Source: Bacilli bacterium (GTDB lineage Bacteria; Bacillota_I; Bacilli_A; RFN20; CAG-826). From it: a stretch of 64,000 nt of DNA. Where the stretch lies: the NCBI GenBank assembly GCA_045597865.1, contig JAZLKX010000039.1, forward strand, positions 1 through 64,000, written 5' to 3'. Every line of letters starts with the position of its first letter. Positions within the stretch are counted from its first letter, which is position 1. Shown here one piece after another: positions 40,104 to 49,200 of the stretch. The notes under the pieces were generated by a model. That model saw nothing but the letters and a program-made list of their open reading frames with translations. It ran no database searches and was not told the DNA's origin. A program made the position numbers and the translations under genes.

Positions 40104-42188
40104 CTAGAAAGGCAAGGTCACTGCATTGATCTTCTTTAAGAATGATCTATTTGTATCGTTTATTTCTTTAATTCCACATGACTTTAAGTATTCAAATGTT
40201 GAATCAAGATATTTTGCTAGTCCATAAGAATCCTGATAGTCTTCTTCTTTTGGAATATAAATAACTAATCCTTTTCTAGCTCTAGTTAAAAGAACTCTGT
40301 ATGAATTAAGTATGTGCTTCTTTTGAATGTCTGTTGATTCTACAAAACGTTTAAACGTAAGCATTCTTTGTTGATGCCATTCACCATTTGCGTAGTACAT
40401 GTCCATGTCCCAACCAAGTAATGCCCAGTCAATTTCTAAACCTTGGATGTTGAACTCGCTTGCAGCGTAAATTAATGAATTAGAAGAATCTCTACCTGTT
40501 TCATCAAGCATCCAATTTGCAAAATGCCAAGTATCAATGTTATCAAATAAATGTGAATACTTTCCTAGTGTTTTGCTATTGCTGCTACATAACTTGCCAC
40601 ATCTTTCTTTTCTCATTCTATTTAAGGAAATAAATTCTTCTGCAAGTTTGTAGTCTCTTGTAATACAAATTGGGTAGTTTGCAAACTTAGCAAAAGCCTC
40701 TTTTGCCTTATCTGGTTTATTATTAAGCAAAGCTTCTGAAAATTCTGATAGGTTTTTAGCGCGTGGAGTTCTAATACAAGTTTTTAAATATAAACCTTCA
40801 TTTTCTTGAACCCTATCACAGTTTAAAATTTGATCTTTATATCCAACTAAGTTATCTGCACTTTGAGAGAAGATCTCGTTTGATAATCTAATTTCCCATT
40901 CTTTGTGAACATTTAAAAGTGAATTAAACCATACACCTAAACCATTTTCACCAGTATAAATATCTTGGCCTAAACCAACGAGTGCAACAATAACACCCCA
41001 CTCCTTGTTATCAAAGACTGACAAAAGTAAATCAGCTTCAGACAAACCATAGTAGGATTTATCGGCACCCTTTTTAACTAACCACGCTTTAAGTTTCTCA
41101 TTATCCCAAACTCTTTGAGCTTCATCAAAGATAAGAACATTCTCATCAATGACTCTCTTTTTGTTTGAAATAATGTCTTGCTTAAAGGCGTGTAAGTCTT
41201 GAATAAATGACTTTACATCATTAACAGCTCTGTACTTGCTGGCATACTTTTCGGGATAGTTTTGGAAAGCATCCCTTCCTAAAGCTTCAGTTAAAACATT
41301 AATTAAAGGACCGTTACCACTAAAGAATACTGCTTCATTAGTGTTTTCGTCCGTACTATTCTTTGATTTACCTGCTAAATCTAAACCAACAAGAGTTTTA
41401 CCTGCACCAGGAACACCTGATACAAAGCAAATAATTTTCTTTTTATTAGCTTTAGCTTCTTCGATTATTGAATTTACTGTTAATTCAGTTACTTTTAAGT
41501 TTTCTTCGCCAGCATCAAATCTAAAGAAATCATCAACTTGGTTATTCATGTAGATTGATCTAGCGCTTTGAATAATGGTTGGATTAGGTTTAAATGGAGA
41601 ATTAACCCATGCATCAAATTCTTCTTTAGTTTTAATCTCTTCCGAAGCGTATTTTGACCTAATATAATCAATATACTGGTACATTTTCTTTGTATTTGCT
41701 TTGAAAAGTGAGAACAATTTGTCTTGTCCTAGGTCTGCAGTTGTAGAGCAATCGCTATCAGGAGCTTTGGTTGCAATGAGAATAGGCACAACGTATCTAT
41801 CTTGGTTTGCTTCATAAAAGTTTTTTAATGCGTAACCATAACCTTCTGCCTGATCAATGTATTCTGGTTCAAAATCAGAGATGTTATTTTTAAATTCTAG
41901 AGAATAAACAACACCACCCATAAGTAAAACAACATCAATACGCATATTAACGCGTGATAAGATGTATTCAAATATGATGTAACCTTCTTTGTCAGCAAGG
42001 TAATCTTTCAAAATTAAAATTTGATTATTCCATGCTTTTTGCTGAAGATGCAATTCATAAGTTTCAGATGATTCATCACTTTCAGTTAAAAATGTAACTA
42101 TATCTTCTGGATGTTTGTTATTAACAAAATCTTTAATTGTTGACTCATAATAGGTTCTGCCTGGAGTCCTTGAAAATTCAGCATTCAT
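40104..42188 (-). CDS. DUF2075 / Schlafen group 3-like helicase with an N-terminal PD-(D/E)XK-like nuclease domain
   Basis: FEY...RIDVVL...LEFK...QAEGY; Walker A GVPGAGKT; IFDEAQR; IQGLEID; NSYRVLLTRAR. Confidence 0.88.
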   Translation of the reverse strand: MNAEFSRTPGRTYYESTIKDFVNNKHPEDIVTFLTESDESSETYELHLQQKAWNNQILILKDYLADKEGYIIFEYILSRVNMRIDVVLLMGGVVYSLEFKNNISDFEPEYIDQAEGYGYALKNFYEANQDRYVVPILIATKAPDSDCSTTADLGQDKLFSLFKANTKKMYQYIDYIRSKYASEEIKTKEEFDAWVNSPFKPNPTIIQSARSIYMNNQVDDFFRFDAGEENLKVTELTVNSIIEEAKANKKKIICFVSGVPGAGKTLVGLDLAGKSKNSTDENTNEAVFFSGNGPLINVLTEALGRDAFQNYPEKYASKYRAVNDVKSFIQDLHAFKQDIISNKKRVIDENVLIFDEAQRVWDNEKLKAWLVKKGADKSYYGLSEADLLLSVFDNKEWGVIVALVGLGQDIYTGENGLGVWFNSLLNVHKEWEIRLSNEIFSQSADNLVGYKDQILNCDRVQENEGLYLKTCIRTPRAKNLSEFSEALLNNKPDKAKEAFAKFANYPICITRDYKLAEEFISLNRMRKERCGKLCSSNSKTLGKYSHLFDNIDTWHFANWMLDETGRDSSNSLIYAASEFNIQGLEIDWALLGWDMDMYYANGEWHQQRMLTFKRFVESTDIQKKHILNSYRVLLTRARKGLVIYIPKEEDYQDSYGLAKYLDSTFEYLKSCGIKEINDTNRSFLKKINAVTLPF

Positions 42189-42340
42189 AATTAAAGCTAT
42201 TTTAGCAGAAAATATTAAAAACGAAAGTTTTAAATCGGCTCATTAACTTATGATTGCTTCTACTTCGTTACGAATCAACTCAAAATTTCTTTCTTTCAAA
42301 TAAGGATTTTACTACAATCTCGAGAATTTTGTTTGTTCGT

Positions 42341-42373
42341 TTCGCAAATCTTAAAAATTTTAGTTTTTGCGAA
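42341..42373. repeat. 33-bp TTCGCA...TGCGAA repeat, copy downstream of the DUF4143 ATPase
   Basis: 30/33 identical to 43606-43638. Confidence 0.85.
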
Positions 42374-42376
42374 GTA

Positions 42377-43552
42377 TCATCCCAAAAATTCAGCAATATC
42401 AATTATAGATACACCTTTATAATCCGCTTCGGGATGTTTAGTTCTAGCAATGATAAGTTTAGGATAAGAGTCTTTTATGCTCAATAGTGGCGCGACTTCT
42501 CTTCTGAACGTTTCTTCTTTTGATATATCATCTGAAACTTGAATATACATTCTTTTGCCATTTTTAATGGCAACAAAGTCAATTTCCTTTTGGTATAGCA
42601 CACCAGCGTATATTTCATATCCTTGTCTTAATAATTCAAGAGCAACAAGATTTTCATAAATAAAACCATAATCAGTATCTTTTGATCCTAATTCTGCATA
42701 TCTAAATGATAAATCTGAAAGATAGTATTTCTTTTCTGTTTGGAGATATCCACCACCCTTGATATCAAATCTTGAGATTGGATAAAACAAAAAAGATTTA
42801 CAAAGATAATCAACATAATTAGCAACTGTCTTATCATTTGTTCTGACATAATTACTGGTAATGGAATTGGCTATATTTCTAAAAGAGGTTTTATTACCAA
42901 TGGTGTCCATTAAATATCTAGCTATCATTTTTAATAGTTCTTCATTCTCAATTTTATATTTATCAATAATATCTTTGATAATTGTAGATTTAAACACTCC
43001 ATCAACATATTTTTTAGCGTCATCACTATTTCTGTATAAGTAAGAACCAGACATGCCACCTTTTCTAACATAATCATCAAATGATTCGTTGTTGGTATTG
43101 AAGTATGTTTTATATTCTTTAAACGAAAAAGGAAGAACATTGATTTCAAAAGTTCTACCACCAAATAAAGTAGCTAAATCACTGGATAATAAGAAAGCAT
43201 TAGAACCAGTAATATAAATTTTATATTTTTCTTCATCGTGTAAAGAATTAATTACATTTTCAAAATTTTTACACATTTGAATTTCATCAATTAACAAATA
43301 GTTATCCATATTTTCTTTGTATTTCGATTGAATGTAATCATATAAAGAATTAGGATTAAGGAGTTTTTCAAATTCTTTCTTTGTTAGTAATATGCGAACA
43401 ACGTTATTGCCATCATTATTTTTTAATGCTTTTTCGAACATATCGAGGAGTTTTGATTTTCCTGAACGTCTAATTCCGGTAATTACTTTAATATCCGGAG
43501 TCTCAACTGTGGCGATTAGTTTTTCTAAATATTGTCTTTTAATAATTTTCAT
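42377..43552 (-). CDS. AAA_14 ATPase with a DUF4143 domain
   Basis: ITGIRRSGKS, IDEIQ, ITGSNA, KYYLSD, ENLVALEL, EIDFVA...YIQV. Confidence 0.92.
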   Translation of the reverse strand: MKIIKRQYLEKLIATVETPDIKVITGIRRSGKSKLLDMFEKALKNNDGNNVVRILLTKKEFEKLLNPNSLYDYIQSKYKENMDNYLLIDEIQMCKNFENVINSLHDEEKYKIYITGSNAFLLSSDLATLFGGRTFEINVLPFSFKEYKTYFNTNNESFDDYVRKGGMSGSYLYRNSDDAKKYVDGVFKSTIIKDIIDKYKIENEELLKMIARYLMDTIGNKTSFRNIANSITSNYVRTNDKTVANYVDYLCKSFLFYPISRFDIKGGGYLQTEKKYYLSDLSFRYAELGSKDTDYGFIYENLVALELLRQGYEIYAGVLYQKEIDFVAIKNGKRMYIQVSDDISKEETFRREVAPLLSIKDSYPKLIIARTKHPEADYKGVSIIDIAEFLG

Positions 43553-43605
43553 AAGTTCAAATATATTACTAAGTAATATCCTTTCGCATTGATATTATAT
43601 CACAC

Positions 43606-43638
43606 TTCGCATATCTTAACAATTTTAATTTTTGCGAA
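43606..43638. repeat. 33-bp TTCGCA...TGCGAA repeat overlapping the ATPase promoter
   Basis: the -35 of a minus-strand TTGTTA-N17-TATAAT promoter lies inside it; a third TTCGCA box sits at 43583. Confidence 0.85.
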
Positions 43639-43904
43639 ATGAACATATTTGATAAAAACATAAATAATTATTTATTAATTATTCATTTGTACAATTACTT
43701 ATATTTAATTTTTCCATAGGGCTGTTTACATAAATGATATCTTTTTACCGGTTTTTTACAGGTAACCACAACATTATAGAAATTTACCGATATTTACAGT
43801 TTTCGTTGGAAATGTCGGTTTTTTATTTTTTGGTAATAAAGAAGGTTCCACCACAATATTTGTTGTCTTCAGATGAAATTTCATATTTCTCACGGAAGAA
43901 GATC

Positions 43905-44465
43905 TCACTTATGAAATGGGCATCTAGTTCCAATGCACTGCTTGTTCCATGAAGAAAACTCACACTCAATTTCATCTAATTCCATTTCAACACCATATTT
44001 CTCTTTAACAAATCTAACCCCATTACTTAAAGATAAAAAAGCATTTCTTTTGCAGCATCTAGGTCCACCTATTTCGCTCATCTTATTAATTACTGATGAT
44101 GTAAATTCCATATTTTCAGCATAATAACTAGAAGAGCTCAAAGGACTGACTTCATGAATAATGGCCAATACTGCCGCAACAGATGCAACAGAACCACACA
44201 TTCCCCAATAGCCGCACATCGCCCCAGGCATTTTAATTGTTCTTTCCGCTAGAATATCAATGGCTTTTTCAAGATCGATATCTCCTCCACTGTTTTTGTA
44301 AGCAACCATAAACGATGCTCCATCTAGGAAATGATGCTCTGGTCCATGAATATTAACAAAATCCTTATGCATAATTGACTTTGCAATTTCTATAGGATTC
44401 TTGCTTTTGTTTTTTAAGACTTCTTCTTTTATAAGCTTATATTTTTCATCCAATGTATATTCCAT
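43905..44465 (-). CDS. DUF5714-like Cys-rich protein
   Basis: HGPEHH, CGYWGMCG, GGPRCCKR, CEFS..NKQC...CPF. Confidence 0.85.
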   Translation of the reverse strand: MEYTLDEKYKLIKEEVLKNKSKNPIEIAKSIMHKDFVNIHGPEHHFLDGASFMVAYKNSGGDIDLEKAIDILAERTIKMPGAMCGYWGMCGSVASVAAVLAIIHEVSPLSSSSYYAENMEFTSSVINKMSEIGGPRCCKRNAFLSLSNGVRFVKEKYGVEMELDEIECEFSSWNKQCIGTRCPFHK

Positions 44466-44473
44466 AGTTCCAC

Positions 44474-44734
44474 CTAATTTAAATAACTTTTTAGCATTTC
44501 AATTTTATCTTTATCGATTGAATAATGAACCCATTTCCAATCTTTTCTAGCAACTACCAATTCACTATCAGTTAATATTTTCATATGATGAGACAAGGTT
44601 GATTGATTACATTCTACTTTTTCTAATAATTTGCAAGCGCATAATTCTTTAGCATTAATTAATTCTTTCAAAATGAATAATCTCGTTTCATCTCCAATTG
44701 CTTTGAACATATTTGCATACTTCTTTAAATCCAT
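44474..44734 (-). CDS. ArsR/SmtB family transcriptional regulator
   Basis: FKAIGDETRL, ELCAC, QSTLSHHMKIL; tandem ATCGAT...TCAATAT operator-like boxes upstream (44750-44800). Confidence 0.92.
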   Translation of the reverse strand: MDLKKYANMFKAIGDETRLFILKELINAKELCACKLLEKVECNQSTLSHHMKILTDSELVVARKDWKWVHYSIDKDKIEMLKSYLN

Positions 44735-45113
44735 AATTAACACCTCTCATATCGATATACATCAATATAATACATTCTCACATCGATGTTTGTCAATATG
44801 AACGCAACAAATAAAAAAATATTTTTCTGCAAAATGAAAGCAACTGAAAAAACGAACCGCTTTTTTTAATAATTTAATTAATATTACGTATTAGTTCAAA
44901 AATATCAATTATTCTTTGATAGCATTATCTTGAAAAGAAATTAAAAGACAAAAATCAAGAGAAAGATTGGAATTTTCTTGGCCAAATTTTAGAGAAGACA
45001 TCGAATATATCTCTTCCCGTTACGACGGTTAACCGTCTGTTCTTCCTGAAGGTTCGCGAAGTTCAACCCTCTAAATCAAACAAAAAAGGACACAAAGTGT
45101 CCTGTTATTGTCT

Positions 45114-45191
45114 TGGTTGCAGAGGCGGGATTTGAACGCCGCGACCTTCAGGTTATGGGCCTGACGAGCTACCAGGCTGCTCTACTCTGCG
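45114..45191 (-). tRNA. initiator tRNA-Met (CAU), atypical
   Basis: cloverleaf with C1:A72 mismatch, fMet-type D arm, CAU anticodon and encoded CCA; TTGCAA-N17-TATTAT promoter upstream and a hairpin downstream. Confidence 0.93.
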
Positions 45192-45260
45192 ATATGCGTT
45201 ATATAATAACTGATTAGTTAATGGGTTGCAACCATTTTTGCAGCCGGTAGCTCATCAGTC

Positions 45261-46253
45261 CTATAAAACCTTTATGTTGTGGTAAGCAAATTCTTCTTTG
45301 TCTCTATCTGACCAATAAGAAGATTGGACTTCACCTATATGAGCTTTTTCTAGTAGGTACATGCAAAGTCTTGATTGGCCTATACCACCACCTATTGTGA
45401 GTGGAAGCTCATTATTTATGACTGCCTTATGGTATGGAAGAGTTAATTTGTCGTTTTCATGTTTCATTGCTAATTGACGCATCAAAGCGGCTGCATCAAC
45501 TCTAATTCCCATAGATGTTATTTCAAATGGTACATCTAGTACCTCATCATACAAGAGCAAATCACCATTTAAAGTCCAGTCATCATAATCTGAGGCTCTT
45601 GTATCATGAGGTTCACCATTTGAAAGGTTAGAGCCTATACCTATTACGAATACTGCACCTTTATCTTTAGTTATTAGGTATTCTCTTTCTTTAGGAGATT
45701 TACCTGGGTACATATCAAGTAGTTCTTGACTTGTGATGAAATAAACTTGATTTGGAAGCTTCTTAGAAAGGACTGGGTATTTGTTATTTATGAATCCTTC
45801 AGTTTCTTTAAGACAACTATAGATTTTGCAAACAACAGATTCTAGATAAGTTCTTGTTCTTTCGGATTCATAAATAACTTTCTCCCAGTCCCATTGATCA
45901 ACATAGATTGAGTGAAGGTTATCTAAATCCTCATTCTTACGAATAGCGTTCATATCAGTGAATAAACCAGTGATATTGTATTCTTTAAGAGCAAATCTTT
46001 TCCATTTTGCTAAAGATTGAACAATCTCAAGTGTTGTTCCACCCTTAATTTCAAAGTTTACAGCGCGTTCTAGGCCACTTAAGTTATCATTTAAGCCTGT
46101 GTTAGGGTCAACGAAAATTGGAGCGGATACACGCTTTAAATCTAATGCTTGAGACAAAGATGCTTGAAAGTGAGACTTAATGTCCACTATCGCTTCTTGT
46201 GTCTCCATTAGAGATAGCTTTGATTTATATTGCTTTGGAAATATATTACTCAT
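45261..46253 (-). CDS. asnA: aspartate--ammonia ligase
   Basis: NDNLSG.ER, VQSLAKWKR, HSIYVDQWDWE, TIGGGIGQSR, HIGEVQ. Confidence 0.96.
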   Translation of the reverse strand: MSNIFPKQYKSKLSLMETQEAIVDIKSHFQASLSQALDLKRVSAPIFVDPNTGLNDNLSGLERAVNFEIKGGTTLEIVQSLAKWKRFALKEYNITGLFTDMNAIRKNEDLDNLHSIYVDQWDWEKVIYESERTRTYLESVVCKIYSCLKETEGFINNKYPVLSKKLPNQVYFITSQELLDMYPGKSPKEREYLITKDKGAVFVIGIGSNLSNGEPHDTRASDYDDWTLNGDLLLYDEVLDVPFEITSMGIRVDAAALMRQLAMKHENDKLTLPYHKAVINNELPLTIGGGIGQSRLCMYLLEKAHIGEVQSSYWSDRDKEEFAYHNIKVL

Positions 46254-46294
46254 AACATCTAAAGGGACCCATTAATGGATCCCTATAATTTAAA

Positions 46295-49200
46295 TTATTC
46301 ACTTACAGCTGTAAGAGAAATTGTATATGCACTAGTATTGTTGTAGTACATACCTGGGAATGATGCTGAAGAGTCATCTAAAGTAATAACATTTTTATTA
46401 CTCTTTTGATCACCGGACCAGTAGAACCATAAATTTGCATAACACGAGGTTGTTTTACAAAGTTCTGAAGTTTTATTTGCGTCTGGTACAATGTTAATTT
46501 TTCCAGATCCAGCATCAGTCCATGTAAAGTATTGATAATAGGTTGTTGTACCATTGCTAAGTTCATAGACGCCCGTTCCGTCTTCATAAACTTTTAAATT
46601 GTATGTGTAATTAACACTACTAATGGTTTTGCTGCCTTCATATTCTTTACAAGCAACTTCTCCTGCTTTAACAACAATGCCATAATCTTGTGATTTAGTA
46701 ATTTCACCTTCGGTATATGAAACTGTTACAGTGTAATTTCCTGCAACTTCCATATTAACTTTAGAACTATCAACCGAATACCCAGTAACGGTTGCTTTAT
46801 CACCGTTAGCATAGTTAGCAGTTACTACTAAATCACCAACACTAAAGTCTTCACCAATAACAAAGTCACTCTTTTGACCACTTAACGAGATACTACTGAG
46901 TTCCTTAGGAATTGCTCTAAATTCAGCTGTGATTGTTACGTCATAGTTTGGCATTTCGAAGCCCCATTTATTTGAACCCATTTCTGCTGAAGCATCAGAT
47001 AATGTGATTTCTTCATGTCCTTGTACGTATGCACGAACAATTTCATAACCTGCTTGTGGAGTAATTGAGACATAAGCCATATCTCCAGCTTTAACTTCAA
47101 CATATTTGTACCATGTTGCTACTCTACCGACTTTAGTGTCACCATCATAAACATCACCAACTGCACTAACAGTGTGTGGAACTGGTTCTGGTGTTGGAAT
47201 TAAAGAGAATGATGCTGAAACCACAACATCACTTGCTGGCATATTAAATGAGTATTTTCCGTTTCCTTCATTAGTGATTGTTACTGAAGGATTTGAAGAA
47301 ACACTATCAATTTGATAACCAGAATTTGGTGTAACAAGGAATTCAACCTTTTCATCAGTGTCATAATATGAACCTGCAAAAGAGATTGAACCATGTTCCA
47401 TGCTTGAATCAGCTTCAACATGCCATGCTTTTGCTGGTGCTGGTGAGCTAACATTAGCAGAGATTGTTACATCATGTGCTGGCATTTCAAATGAATAAGT
47501 AATAGCACCAGTAATTGGATTTAGAGTTTCAGAAATTATAATTTCAGGATGATCTTTGATGAAAACATCAAGTAATTCATAACCTTCAGCTAATTGTAAA
47601 TTAAATCTAACATATTCACCTGCTTGTTCTTCAGTGATAGAACCAACGACCTTAATTGTTAATCCTTCAATACTATCTTTATTGATAGCGTACATTGTTG
47701 GTTCTGGTGTTGGACTATCAAATTCAAATTCAGCAGTAATTGTTACGCCAGAATTTGGCATGATAAATGTGTATGAACTTTGTGACATTGGGGCTAAGCT
47801 AATAACTACTTCTTGTCCTTTTCCGTCAAAAACCTTAACAGAATCGGCGACAAGCACATAGTTATCATCTGCTGAAACTGTGAATCTAACAGTATCACCT
47901 GCTTCAGCTTCTGTTGAGGATTCACCATTAACTAAAATATTTTTGATTGAGCCACCATCAATTGATGTATCGGCTGAAACATCATATTTAGTTGGTACTG
48001 GTGATGAACCTTTTGTATAAGCAGTAATGTTGTATTCATCTAAAGCTTTGCTTGGATAAATTTGAATAACATCACAATTGTGATCCTCATCAAACCATGA
48101 ACCACCTAATGCTTCTTCATCACCTTCAAGTGTAAGGTAATCAAATTCAAATCCTTCATCAAATGAACCATAAGCAAAGATGCCAAATGCGTCTTCTTTA
48201 TAAATATAACTTGTTATTACATTTCCGCCTTCATCTTCAAAATGATCAACTGTAAAATGGTCGCATACAAATGAAATTGCGTGTGTTGGTTCTGGTGCCT
48301 TTTCTTTAAATGTAACAAGTACCACTGCATCATCATCTGGCATTACAAATGAACCTTTGTTGCCAACGACATTAACTTGAATATCTTTACCAACAATTGA
48401 GGCTGAATCGAATTCATAACCAGAATTTGGTGTAATTGTAAAGTTTACAGTAGAACCTGCTGAGTATTCAGTTGTGCCACCAAAGCTAATTGAACCATTT
48501 TCAATAGAGCTTGATGCAGAAACTGAATGTTTTGCAGATGGTCTTAAAGATTGCTCATCTACTTTGTAGACAACATATCTAATTCCAACATAACCTGTGT
48601 ATTGTCCTGCAGTTGCTGGGAAATCAATTGCAACATATGAGCCTGCAGTTGACCATTCTAAGCTGTAATTTGTCATAGAAAGGAATTTGCTTGTATCACT
48701 AAAGCCTTTAGCAACTAATGCATTAACATAGGAGTTAACAAAAGCTTGAGCCTTAACATAATCTGGAATATTAACCTTAAATGTATCTGTTGAATTACAT
48801 TTTAAAGCGTATATCTCATTATCAGTTGTATCTTTGAAGTTCGAAATACTTGTGCATGAGTCCTCGTTTGGAAGTGATGGAACAAGTTCATCATACTTCT
48901 TTGAAGATAAGTAGGCATTGAAATCTGCAATAGAAGCAAATACACCACTTGACTTATCAGCACGGAATAAAATTTTCATTTCTCCGTTTGGATATAATGT
49001 TGAAGCGGCATCATATTTCATAATTACTTTGTAAGTAACTGAATCAACGCCGTTAACTACAACTTTTTTATAGCTATTATCAGAAACTTTTGTGAAGCCT
49101 TCATTAACAAGTGTTTCACCATAAGATACTCTTAAATCGCCTGAATTAAGATCTTGAATACCAGCATAGTAGAAGCCATCATACAAAATCTTTTCACAAA

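Noticed and set aside
43718-43832. IS-end-like GGGCTGTTTACA and an orphan plus-strand terminator-like hairpin
   Set aside because: No matching second inverted repeat or transposase; the hairpin may simply end the DUF5714 transcript
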